In this document: piece by piece, positions 25,007 through 33,839 of the stretch
How the letters are laid out: each line of letters starts with the position of its first letter
Position numbering within the stretch: position 1 is the stretch's first letter
From: Sulfurovum sp.
GTDB lineage: Bacteria; Campylobacterota; Campylobacteria; Campylobacterales; Sulfurovaceae
Direction: 5' to 3'
Assembly (NCBI GenBank): GCA_020726085.1
Contig: DYTG01000002.1
Coordinates: 1 to 42,136, forward strand
DNA: 42,136 nucleotides
The notes under the pieces: model-generated
What the model was told of the DNA's origin: nothing
The model's input: the letters and a program-made list of their open reading frames with translations, nothing else
Databases searched by the model: none
Position numbers and translations under genes: made by a program

Positions 25007-26799
25007 AGATTTAAACCTTTTGATGGGAGTAGCGTTAGATAGTTTTGCATATCTTGATAATTGAGTGCTTTTGAGAAGTAGTAGCCTTGCATGGTAGAAC
25101 ATCCATGCTCAACCAAAAAATCAACTTGTGCTTTAGTCTCAACCCCCTTGGCTATCACTTTGAGTTTAAGGTTTTTGGCCAAACCGATAATGGTAGTTGC
25201 AATCACGGTATCATCGACATTGTGGGGCAAATCTTCTACAAAGGAGCGGTCAATTTTGAGTTTGCTTATGGGTAACTTTTTGAGATACGCCAAGGAGGTG
25301 TAGCCCGTTCCAAAATCATCAATAGAGATGGTTAAACCAAAAGATTTAAGCGCTTCAAGTACTTTGATTGAGCGGTTTTGACTAAGCATAATTTGCGTCT
25401 CTGTCACTTCGAGTTCGATAGAGTTTGGATAATGTTCCAAAACAGGATTAATGTTTTTGCGTACAAACTCCAAAAAAGAGTTATCTTCGATTTGGCGACT
25501 CGAAAGATTAAACGAAATAGTACCGCTATAGAGTCCAAATTTTTGCCATTTTAGATAGAGTTTGAGCGCTTTTTGCATAATAAGTCTATCTATGGTTACA
25601 ATCATCCCTGTATCTTCGGCGAGTTGCAAAAATGTATCGGGTGCAATCACACGGCTTCCATTAATCCACCGCATCAAGACTTCCATGCCTATAATCTCAC
25701 CCGTAGTTGCATCTATTTGAGGTTGAAAATAGGGTTCAAACTCCTCTTGATGCAAAGCCTTTCGCAACGCACTCTCCAAACCGATTCGTTGTTTTGATTG
25801 GAGTGTCATACTGGGATTGTAGAAGCTGTATCGGTTTCTTCCGTTGTTTTTGGCACTGTACATCGCAGCATCGGCATTTTTGAGCAGTTCATCGGGGTCG
25901 GAGCCATCACTAGGCGATATAGCAACACCAACACTTATACCGATATAGAGCCAATGTCCTTCAACATCAAAAGGCTCATTTATCAGCTCCTTAAGCCGCA
26001 TTATAACACTATCAATCTCCTTGAGATCGTCAATATTGCCAAGGATAAGACAAAACTCATCGCCTCCTAGCCGTGCTAATAGATTCTCTTTGGTAACCAT
26101 AGGATGAATGCGTTTTGCAAATTCAATCAAAAGCCTATCGCCGATATAGTGTCCCAAAGAGTCGTTAATCTCCTTAAAATGATCCAAATCAATAAACAAT
26201 AAGGCTGAATTTGTGCCGTTGTGTAGATTTTTAGTGATGACTTGCGAAAGTCTGTTCATAAATTGCGTTCGATTAGGCAAATGGGTGAGATAATCATAAT
26301 TGGCTTGATACTCCAATATCTCCCGTTGGGCTTGAAGCTCTTGAAGTGTTTTGCTTAAATCAAGTTGAATGTTTTTGAGTTGAGTAATATCCCTACCCGC
26401 ACCTACCGTGCCGATAATCTTGCCGCTTTTATCATAAAAAGGGGCTTTGTAAACCTCCAAATAGAGCATTTCTCCCTTGACGTTTCCATACTCCTCAAAT
26501 TTCATCGCTTTGCCGTTTTCAATCACCGTTTTATCAGAATCAAAACAAAGCTCACCAAAAGTATGCCACTTTGGATTCTCTTTGTGTTTGAGACGCTCTC
26601 TGTGTGCAAAATAGAGGTCATTTTTACCAATAGGCTCTTGGGTATCGTTTGCCATTAGCAGTTCATCGCAAATAGCCTTATTGGCGTAGATATAATTTCC
26701 ATTCAAATCTTTAACCCAAAGCATATCAGACAACGTTTCGGTAAGAAGATTGAGGAGGTCGGAGTGGTGGGATTTAAGACGATCAAGATTAAAAGGCAT
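25003..26799 (-). CDS. PAS-GGDEF-EAL c-di-GMP turnover protein
   Basis: I chose the ATG at 26799 (MPFNLDRLK...) after a GAG RBS. The upstream in-frame ATGs overlap a TATAAT box at about 26843-26848. It has a PAS region, a GGDEF domain (RLGGDEFCLIL, no RxxD I-site) and an EAL domain (EVLMRW, ELEVTE, DDFGTGYTSL, KIDRSFV, KGVET, QGYYFSKA). Confidence 0.85.
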   Translation of the reverse strand: MPFNLDRLKSHHSDLLNLLTETLSDMLWVKDLNGNYIYANKAICDELLMANDTQEPIGKNDLYFAHRERLKHKENPKWHTFGELCFDSDKTVIENGKAMKFEEYGNVKGEMLYLEVYKAPFYDKSGKIIGTVGAGRDITQLKNIQLDLSKTLQELQAQREILEYQANYDYLTHLPNRTQFMNRLSQVITKNLHNGTNSALLFIDLDHFKEINDSLGHYIGDRLLIEFAKRIHPMVTKENLLARLGGDEFCLILGNIDDLKEIDSVIMRLKELINEPFDVEGHWLYIGISVGVAISPSDGSDPDELLKNADAAMYSAKNNGRNRYSFYNPSMTLQSKQRIGLESALRKALHQEEFEPYFQPQIDATTGEIIGMEVLMRWINGSRVIAPDTFLQLAEDTGMIVTIDRLIMQKALKLYLKWQKFGLYSGTISFNLSSRQIEDNSFLEFVRKNINPVLEHYPNSIELEVTETQIMLSQNRSIKVLEALKSFGLTISIDDFGTGYTSLAYLKKLPISKLKIDRSFVEDLPHNVDDTVIATTIIGLAKNLKLKVIAKGVETKAQVDFLVEHGCSTMQGYYFSKALNYQDMQNYLTLLPSKGLNL

Positions 26800-26881
26800 A
26801 TTGGACTCTTTTTGAAACATTATTGCAAAACATTGATATCTATTATACAAATAGAAAAATTAATTTTAAGTAAAATGGAAC

Positions 26882-26919
26882 AAAACAACACAACAGAGTC
26901 GTTTTGCTGTGTTGTTTTT
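26882..26919 (-). terminator. candidate rho-independent terminator after tolC
   Basis: An imperfect hairpin forms with AAAACAAC(aca)ACAG pairing to CTGTGTTGTTTT. It abuts the tolC stop, and the minus strand reads a stem followed by TTTTGTT. Confidence 0.45.
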
Positions 26920-28114
26920 AGATTACCTTAGCATACAACAAAAGGAGTTGCAGCTCTCTATCGATAGCGAAAATTTGTTGATCGTATTTTTTGATAGTGA
27001 GGGAGTTGTACATGAGTTGGGTATCCCACTTCGTCTTCTCCCCTGCTTTTTCAAGATTTTTGGTGAGCTGATAGAGGCGTGTGTAGAGTTGTTGGTCTTT
27101 GTAAGCCAAATTGATTTTTTTGTTGAGAATATCAAGATTGGTCAAAGCCAATTTGTACTCATTGTCAATGGCTTTGCGTTTTTCAAAGAGGTGTGTTTGG
27201 GCTTCGAGATAGGCTACTTTGGCCGATTCTACATCTTTGAAGGAGTTGATACTAAAAGGCATAGAGATGGTAAATCCATAGGTATGATACGCCTCTTTGA
27301 GAGGAGCATTGGCAAGCATGGGGTTGAGGTCTCCGTCGCTATATCTTGCTTGTACAGAGATAATAGGAAGATATTTTGTCCATGTCAATTTGGAGCCGTA
27401 TTGCTTCTCTCGTGCTTCAAATTGTTTTTTGACCAACTCTAAATTTTGCCCTTTGTAGCGTTTGGCTTGAATGAGTTTGAGCTTGGGCAGCTTGAGACTA
27501 TTGGGATTTTTATCGCTTAGAAGTGAAAAATCATTTTTGAGTTTAGCAATGGTGAGGTCAAGCTCCAAAAGTTGCGTCTCATCGGAGTTCTTTTTGAGGA
27601 TAGCTTGATCCAAAAAGCTACTATCAATCAAGCCGTTGTTGTAGCTATCACGCTTTTGTCGTATATCAATCTCATCGTTTTTGACGAGTAGTGCCAATTT
27701 GGCTTTTTGTAATGTGAGTTTTTTGATATTGTAGAGAATAGAGAGGGCATTGACAATCATCTCTTTTTGGGCTATATCAATCGTTACGCCGTTAAGGTCA
27801 CGAACCGCATCAGAGTATTTGATAGCAAAGTAGATACCCCCCGATTTAAAGATAGGCTGATCTATCCCGACACTAAAGCTCCCCGTATCAACCCTACCCG
27901 TTGTGTATTGCTCCGAGTAGGTTTTGGTATAATTCACCATTACAGGCGAAACCCAACTGTTGCTTAGTTTATCGCTTTCGAGTTCATTTTTCTTTTTTTG
28001 GTACTCAATGATTTTTTGGTTATTGGGAGAGAGTAAATTGAGCAACTCATCCTCTTTGGCGTTGAGCAATCCCAAAGTTAGAACACCAAAGAAAACTATT
28101 TTCCGCATTGACAT
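26918..28114 (-). CDS. TolC-family outer-membrane efflux protein
   Basis: 398-aa ORF with the signal peptide MSMRKIVFFGVLTLGLLNA. It has the two-repeat OEP architecture with coiled helical segments. No adjacent pump genes are present. Confidence 0.8.
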   Translation of the reverse strand: MSMRKIVFFGVLTLGLLNAKEDELLNLLSPNNQKIIEYQKKKNELESDKLSNSWVSPVMVNYTKTYSEQYTTGRVDTGSFSVGIDQPIFKSGGIYFAIKYSDAVRDLNGVTIDIAQKEMIVNALSILYNIKKLTLQKAKLALLVKNDEIDIRQKRDSYNNGLIDSSFLDQAILKKNSDETQLLELDLTIAKLKNDFSLLSDKNPNSLKLPKLKLIQAKRYKGQNLELVKKQFEAREKQYGSKLTWTKYLPIISVQARYSDGDLNPMLANAPLKEAYHTYGFTISMPFSINSFKDVESAKVAYLEAQTHLFEKRKAIDNEYKLALTNLDILNKKINLAYKDQQLYTRLYQLTKNLEKAGEKTKWDTQLMYNSLTIKKYDQQIFAIDRELQLLLLYAKVI

Positions 28115-28163
28115 GGTAGCTCCAAGAGTAATTTTTGGTTGTATTCTAGCATAGAAACTTCAA

Positions 28164-29492
28164 TTAGAGCATCAAAAAGAGTCTAAAAATTCGCTTTTTT
28201 ATTTTAATCTTCACTTGTTTAAGCTTTAGGGTTCGATGAATGGCTACATAAGTGCGTTTTTGACGCAGCTCAATCTCGCCAATCATCGTATTATCAAGAC
28301 CCAACTCCCCGCAAAAAGCCCCTACGATGTCCCCTTTGCGTAGTTTATCGCTTTTGCCGCCATCTATAATAATGGTTTGCATGGTTGCATAAGTTGGCAC
28401 AATGGGGGTATTGAGTAGATTGCCTTCTTCTATCACGCCTACTATCTCTTCAAGTTTTCGCACCTCATGGGGAGTATAGAGGCTAATGCTAAGCGATTGC
28501 CCCCCATTGCGACCACCCCGCCCTACTCTGTGGGTATGGATTTGAGGTTTGTCGGCTATATCGTAGTGAACAACCATTTCAACCCCCTCAATATCAATGC
28601 CTCTTGAAACAATATCTGTAGCTACTAACACAGAGATTGAGCCATTTTTAAAGGCTATAAATATCTCATCTCTTGCGCTTTGATCAAAATCACCGTGAAA
28701 AGCCAAAACGCTAAAACCGTACTCCAGCAACATATCGTAGAGCCTATTAACCTCTATTTTGGTATTGGCAAAGATGATGGTTGAATGGGCTTGATAGTGC
28801 GAAAGAACTTCAAGAAGCGTTTGGTCTTTGTTGTGTGTTTTGTAGGCAAGAGAGCGAATATTTTGAAGGTTCTCATCGAGCTTAATAGAGGCTCTGTTAG
28901 TGGTAATACGTTCGATAAGAGCGTCGAGTTTGCTTGAAAAAGTGGCACTAAAAAGCAAAGTTTGCTTTGTTTTGGGCAAGATTGAGGCAATTTTGACAAT
29001 CTCATCACGAAATCCCATCTCTAGCATCTTATCGCCCTCATCAACGATAAGCATACTTACTTTTGCAAGATCCACGCTCTCACGCGCAATATGATCCATC
29101 AATCTCCCCACGGTTGCTACTACTATATCGGTTTTGTTTTGGAGCGACGAGCGTTGAACGCTAAGGGGTTCTCCTCCGATAAGCGTTGTGACGTTGAGAT
29201 TGTGAATGTACCTGCCTACCAAACGTATCTCATGGGCAATTTGTACAACCAATTCACGAGTAGGGGCCAAAATAAGAATTTGGGGTTGATTGTGGGTTTG
29301 CGTGAGCCTAAGAAGCGAAGCGATAGCAAATACAAGGGTCTTGCCCGATGCCGTGGGGGCTTGAATAACACTGTCTTGTTGGGTTAATACAATAGGAAGA
29401 GCTTTTTGCTGGATAGGTTTAGCCTCAACAAAGCCTAATTTTTCAAGATTCTCTATTAGATCAGAAGGAAGAGAAAGCTCTTTGAAGGTCAT
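28164..29492 (-). CDS. dbpA: DEAD-box ATP-dependent RNA helicase, DbpA-like (C-terminal RNA-binding domain)
   Basis: 442-aa ORF with a Q-motif region, motif I APTASGKT, motif II VDEGDKML (DEGD), SAT, HRVGRGGRNG and a C-terminal DbpA-type RRM (KLRKGDIVGAF...IGEIEL). Confidence 0.85.
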   Translation of the reverse strand: MTFKELSLPSDLIENLEKLGFVEAKPIQQKALPIVLTQQDSVIQAPTASGKTLVFAIASLLRLTQTHNQPQILILAPTRELVVQIAHEIRLVGRYIHNLNVTTLIGGEPLSVQRSSLQNKTDIVVATVGRLMDHIARESVDLAKVSMLIVDEGDKMLEMGFRDEIVKIASILPKTKQTLLFSATFSSKLDALIERITTNRASIKLDENLQNIRSLAYKTHNKDQTLLEVLSHYQAHSTIIFANTKIEVNRLYDMLLEYGFSVLAFHGDFDQSARDEIFIAFKNGSISVLVATDIVSRGIDIEGVEMVVHYDIADKPQIHTHRVGRGGRNGGQSLSISLYTPHEVRKLEEIVGVIEEGNLLNTPIVPTYATMQTIIIDGGKSDKLRKGDIVGAFCGELGLDNTMIGEIELRQKRTYVAIHRTLKLKQVKIKIKKRIFRLFLML

Positions 29493-29529
29493 TGCTCACT
29501 CCAAAGGAGTGATAGGTTTGGAACGTTTG

Positions 29530-29754
29530 CTATTGGTTAGCCTTTTTGTACTCCATAATCATATGAAGTGCCTCATCTTTGAGCAACAATTTCTCTTTTT
29601 TGATTTGCTCTCTTTCAACATCGCTAAGGTGCAATCTACCCTCGTCAGCATCTTTTGCTTTTTGATCCAACTCATTGTGTCTCTCAAAAATTTTTGCAAA
29701 GTGTGCGTTTTCTTGCTTTAAGGCTGAAATTTCATCTCTGTATTCATGTAACAT
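29530..29754 (-). CDS. YdcH/DUF465 family small protein
   Basis: 74-aa ORF with LKQENAHFAKIFERHNELDQKA...KKEKLLLKDE, the typical DUF465 coiled pattern. Confidence 0.75.
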   Translation of the reverse strand: MLHEYRDEISALKQENAHFAKIFERHNELDQKAKDADEGRLHLSDVEREQIKKEKLLLKDEALHMIMEYKKANQ

Positions 29755-29814
29755 GGACGGCTCCGACTGTAATTTTTTGAAAGTAATTATAGCTATTGTT
29801 TGCGTAAAATAGGA

Positions 29815-30738
29815 TTAAATTTTGGTTGCAATCAAAAAGATATACTCTTTTCCAAAGATTTTGACTCGATATCGGTGCTGTTGGAGGTATTTTTTGCAAA
29901 AATAGATATCTTTGATAAGCGTTGAGAGATCAGAGCCTTTGGAGTGTGGCACTCTTGCACCGTAGATAAGTTCGCCATTAATCCAACGTGAATTGGGAAA
30001 TCCCATGATGATAGAGGCCTCTTGTGTCAAAAGCTGTTGCACCAAATCCATAAAGAGTTTTTTGAAATTTGAATCAACACTTTGAAGCGTAGCGATGGTA
30101 ATAAGCAAATCAAAGCGTCCCAAGCTAGCGTCCAATTTGCCAATATCTTGCACAAAAAATTGCACGTTGCTATGGTTTGCAAAGACTCTTGTGGCATACT
30201 CTATTGCCGATACGGAGTAATCAACCCCTACAAACTCAATAGCATCAAATTGCTTAGCACTAATTCTCTCTTGAATCGCTACAAACTCATCGCCACGATT
30301 GATGCCTAGATTGATAATGCGTTTGATAGAGTCAAAATCAATCGCTTTGAGTGCCTCATGATAGTAGTATTCGAAGGCAAATTCACCAGATTTGTTAATT
30401 TTGGCAAAGCTACTCTCTACGCCGTACTTCTCATAAGCGTCGTGAAGATGATGAAAGGAGTCCTCAAGGCTGAGTGCCTCAAACGTAAGCTTTGCAAAAT
30501 AGGGTGGAAGAGCTTGAGGAAGATGCATTTTGCAATGTAAAATATTGGACAAATCAAGCCAACTTTTAAGTGAACGATAACAATACTTCTCGCCCTCAAC
30601 CTCTACCATGCTTCCACTGTAATAGGTGCCAATATCGGGAGAGAGAATTTCAAAGGTTGTCCTCCCCTCTTTGGAAAGTTGCCGTTGCAGCGTCTCTATA
30701 ATTTGCTTTGAAGTTTCAAGCTTAAATCGCATCATCAA
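29815..30738 (-). CDS. class I SAM-dependent methyltransferase-like protein
   Basis: 307-aa ORF. The C-terminal half has a Rossmann-MTase pattern (IINLGINRGDE, FVGVDYSVSAIEYA, VQFFVQDI, FDLLITIATLQ). The N-terminal ~130 aa are unassigned. Confidence 0.5.
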   Translation of the reverse strand: MMMRFKLETSKQIIETLQRQLSKEGRTTFEILSPDIGTYYSGSMVEVEGEKYCYRSLKSWLDLSNILHCKMHLPQALPPYFAKLTFEALSLEDSFHHLHDAYEKYGVESSFAKINKSGEFAFEYYYHEALKAIDFDSIKRIINLGINRGDEFVAIQERISAKQFDAIEFVGVDYSVSAIEYATRVFANHSNVQFFVQDIGKLDASLGRFDLLITIATLQSVDSNFKKLFMDLVQQLLTQEASIIMGFPNSRWINGELIYGARVPHSKGSDLSTLIKDIYFCKKYLQQHRYRVKIFGKEYIFLIATKI

Positions 30739-30747
30739 AAACTAGCT

Positions 30748-31575
30748 TTACCACGAGAGTTTCACGTAGCGTCTGCCCCAACGTATCGCTTTGCGTTTAT
30801 CGACTCCCATGTAAATGTCAATCTTGTTGCAAAAGCGTTCGTTCATTTTGTCTCGCACAATATAGGTCTCTGGAAGTCCTGTGATGCGTACTTTTGTGCC
30901 GTTTTTAAGCCCGTGTTTACGAATAAGGTCACGAGAAACGGCAATGATTCGCATTCCTGGACCAATGCGGTTGCCCCATGCGGCTACAAAAGGGGTGGAA
31001 TCGGTTTGATTGCGATGCGACGTATAGGCGGTGGCTACCACACTGAGACTTTTTGGGGAGTTTGGTTCGACGATTTTATACTCTTTGGGTTTTTGTACTA
31101 TCTTTTTAGGTTTGGCTTGTTTGGCATAAATACTCTTTTTGTCTTTATCCCAATTTTCAATAAAGCTAACAAGTTTGTCTTTTTTGGGTTGTATCTTTTT
31201 TTTGGTTGCAACGGTTGGTGTTTTGGTTAAATTGTTATCTCTTATTTTTTGGGTGCTATTGGACTTAGCGTAAATGCGTTTGCTTGAGGTTCTAAATCGT
31301 ACTGAATCATTGATGTGAATATGGTTTTCGATAAATTTATCAATCGTAACGACTTTAACTTTTTTCTTTTGGAGTAGTGGGAGCGTTTTGGCAGTAATAA
31401 TTTTTTTGCGGTCTTGATACTTTACGGGTTTAACTTTGCAAAGCAGCTTAGCACCATAGGTATCACACCCCACACTGCTACGTGCGAGGTTGCGACAATC
31501 CGCCTCTTGAGCTTCAAGAGAGGAAAAGAGCAACGAGACAACAAATACTATTGTAAAGTTTGACTTTTTCATCAT
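30748..31575 (-). CDS. exported 3D-domain (MltA/RlpA-like double-psi beta-barrel) protein
   Basis: 275-aa ORF with the signal peptide MMKKSNFTIVFVVSLLFSSLEA, a Lys-rich linker and a C-terminal 3D domain (VATAYTSHRNQTDSTPFVAAWGNRI...IAVSRDL...YIVRDKMNERF...IDIYMG). Confidence 0.7.
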   Translation of the reverse strand: MMKKSNFTIVFVVSLLFSSLEAQEADCRNLARSSVGCDTYGAKLLCKVKPVKYQDRKKIITAKTLPLLQKKKVKVVTIDKFIENHIHINDSVRFRTSSKRIYAKSNSTQKIRDNNLTKTPTVATKKKIQPKKDKLVSFIENWDKDKKSIYAKQAKPKKIVQKPKEYKIVEPNSPKSLSVVATAYTSHRNQTDSTPFVAAWGNRIGPGMRIIAVSRDLIRKHGLKNGTKVRITGLPETYIVRDKMNERFCNKIDIYMGVDKRKAIRWGRRYVKLSW

Positions 31576-31587
31576 AGGATATTAAGG

Positions 31588-33054
31588 TTACAAAAACCTC
31601 AACATCTCCTGAGCGATACCCTCTTTTTCGACGACGGTATCGTGAATAATCTCTTTGTTTAGCAGTGCTTTTATCATAGGTGGAACCTCTAAATGGGTTT
31701 GTGTTGCAATGTACTCCAACGCCTCCCTGTCGTGTGCAATCTCTTTGCCAAGGGCTTTGGCGACAACGGGACTAAATTTCGTCCACTCTGCTGTAGAATA
31801 GATTACAGTTGTGAGCTTTTTGTCTCGTAAATTTTTATAGGATTTGATACATGTGGCGGTATGAGTATCCATAATATATCCCTTTTGGGCATACTCTCTA
31901 ATGGTTGCCACACACTCGCTATCGTCGCTAAAAGAAGCATCAAAATCCTCTTGAAGCGATGCTATTTCCTCTGCATTGAGTTGGTATTTGCCGTGTTGCT
32001 CCAGTGCTTCCATGAGTTCTTTGGTTCGATTAGCACCAAATTTATCAAAGAGTATCCGTTCAACGTTGGAGCTTTTTAAAATATCCATTGCAGGAGAGTT
32101 GGTTTTGGCAAGTTCTCTGGTGGTTAAATCGTAGCTTCCGTTGGTAATCCAATCGGTTAAAATATTATTAATATTGGAAGCTATCAAGATTTTTTCGATA
32201 GGCAATCCCGCTTTTTTAGCGTAATACGCCCCCAAAGCATTGCCAAAGTTTCCACTAGGAACAACCAAATAGATTTTTTCATTAAGTTGGATTTGTTTGC
32301 CTCGTAGCAACTCTAAATAGCTGTAGATGTGATAGATAATCTGAAAAATAATACGTCCAAAGTTTACCGAATTGGCAGCGGAGAGCTTCATATTTTTGCT
32401 ATCAAGCTCATCTTTGAAATCTTTGGAAGCCAATAGTGATTTGAGGGCGTTTTGGGTGTCGTCGAAGTTTCCTTTGACACCAATGACTTTGAGATTACTT
32501 CCCGATTCTGTGACCATTTGGAGGCGTTGTACGTCGCTTGTGCCGCCCTCTGGATAGAGACAGACGACTTTGACATTGGCTTGATTTTTAAAGGTTTCCA
32601 ATGTCGCTGGACCCGTATCGCCACTTGTTGCAGCCATAATGAGATAGTTTTCGTTTCGCTTTTGAGCCAATTGGGACAAAATGTAGCCAAAGGGTTGGAG
32701 TGCCATATCTTTGAAAGCTCGTGTGGGTCCATGATAGAGTTCGCTTACAAAGCAATCCTCTTCTATTTGGCTAAGTTCCACAGGCTTATCACTTTTATCA
32801 AAGGCATCGTAACGATTAAGGGCCTCTTGCAAAATGGATGAATCTATATCGATCCCAAAACGTACCAAAAAATCAAGTGCCAACTCTTTGTAGGAGCTAC
32901 TCAAATGTTTGTTCAAAAAGGTTTCATCCAGTCGTGGCAAAGAGGTGGGCACATAAAGTCCTCCAAAACTTGCACTTGGGGCTAAGATGACTTGCGAAAA
33001 AGAGAGGCTTTGAGCCTTAACTCCATCATTTCCTCGTGTTTCAATAAATTCCAT
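31588..33054 (-). CDS. thrC: threonine synthase (long form)
   Basis: 488-aa ORF with the PLP-lysine motif GPTRAFKDMALQ, plus ATSGDTG and VPSGNFGN. Confidence 0.9.
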   Translation of the reverse strand: MEFIETRGNDGVKAQSLSFSQVILAPSASFGGLYVPTSLPRLDETFLNKHLSSSYKELALDFLVRFGIDIDSSILQEALNRYDAFDKSDKPVELSQIEEDCFVSELYHGPTRAFKDMALQPFGYILSQLAQKRNENYLIMAATSGDTGPATLETFKNQANVKVVCLYPEGGTSDVQRLQMVTESGSNLKVIGVKGNFDDTQNALKSLLASKDFKDELDSKNMKLSAANSVNFGRIIFQIIYHIYSYLELLRGKQIQLNEKIYLVVPSGNFGNALGAYYAKKAGLPIEKILIASNINNILTDWITNGSYDLTTRELAKTNSPAMDILKSSNVERILFDKFGANRTKELMEALEQHGKYQLNAEEIASLQEDFDASFSDDSECVATIREYAQKGYIMDTHTATCIKSYKNLRDKKLTTVIYSTAEWTKFSPVVAKALGKEIAHDREALEYIATQTHLEVPPMIKALLNKEIIHDTVVEKEGIAQEMLRFL

Positions 33055-33062
33055 TTGCTTTC

Positions 33063-33458
33063 CTACTCCTCCATATTTTCTAACAATACATTAACAATAT
33101 CGCTCATTGTTAAAATGCCCTCAAGTTCATTGTTGTCAATCACCAATAGTCTCTTAATACCGCTATTAACCATCATGCGTGCAGCGTATTTAATGTCCAT
33201 TTTTTTGGATACGGAAATAGCAGGAATGGTGGAAACGTCGTAAATGTTGAGCAACTCAATATCGCCATCTTCCGATACGATAGCTTGGAGTATATTGTTG
33301 AAAGTAACAAGCCCATAAGCACCACTGGGCGATGCTTTATCGACTATTACCGTCTTCACACGATGTTTTTTCATCCTTTGCAAAGCCACTTTCAAAGCAT
33401 TCATTTGCGAAACAATAACCAATTTATCTTTTGCTGTCATAATATTTTCTACTAACAT
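33063..33458 (-). CDS. CBS-pair domain protein
   Basis: 131-aa ORF made of two CBS motifs (IMTAKDKLVIVSQ...HRVKTVIVD and ...GIKRLLVIDNNELEGILTMSDI). Confidence 0.8.
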   Translation of the reverse strand: MLVENIMTAKDKLVIVSQMNALKVALQRMKKHRVKTVIVDKASPSGAYGLVTFNNILQAIVSEDGDIELLNIYDVSTIPAISVSKKMDIKYAARMMVNSGIKRLLVIDNNELEGILTMSDIVNVLLENMEE

Positions 33459-33488
33459 AAAATCCCCTTTGTGTTTTGATAGATACGC

Positions 33489-33839
33489 TTAGAGCATATT
33501 GCGTACTTCTTGTTCAAACTTATGCAGTTCACTCTTATCCAAACCTGTCACATGAGCCAATGGGAAGGTAAATGCCATTCCAGGGCTTTCAGGATTGTCC
33601 AAATCAAAATTGCTTCGTAAAGCTTTCATTACCTTGAGCGAGGTTCGTCGTGGCAAGATAAAAAACATCACCGAAACATTCTCTTCAAGTGTGAGACCAA
33701 AAAAGACCTTTTTCTCTTTGAGTCCGATATTGCGACCGTGCGTAATGGTCACGCCTCCCGCACCAGCCTCCTTTGCCACCTCAATGGCTCTCTCTTCATC
33801 TTTGTCTTGCACGACGGCGATTAATGCTGTAAATTTCAT
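33489..33839 (-). CDS. P-II-like small signal-transduction protein
   Basis: 116-aa ORF with the beta-alpha-beta ferredoxin-like pattern of the PII superfamily ([38 protein letters not shown]...). Its ATG overlaps the stop codon of the upstream DUF1538 gene by 4 nt. Confidence 0.65.
   Translation of the reverse strand: MKFTALIAVVQDKDEERAIEVAKEAGAGGVTITHGRNIGLKEKKVFFGLTLEENVSVMFFILPRRTSLKVMKALRSNFDLDNPESPGMAFTFPLAHVTGLDKSELHKFEQEVRNML

Noticed and set aside
26909-27442. 177-aa plus-strand ORF antisense to tolC
   Set aside because: It is a shadow ORF of a confident TolC-family gene, with no RBS or recognisable domain. The same reasoning applies to 758-1261, 8450-8833, 10359-10592, 16734-17054, 32388-32841 and the other antisense track entries.
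28184-28197. TAAAAATTCGC, a near-match to the shared promoter motif TAAAATTCGC
   Set aside because: It lies inside the 3' end of dbpA, has one extra A and lacks the CACAAA continuation. It is most likely chance in AT-rich sequence.
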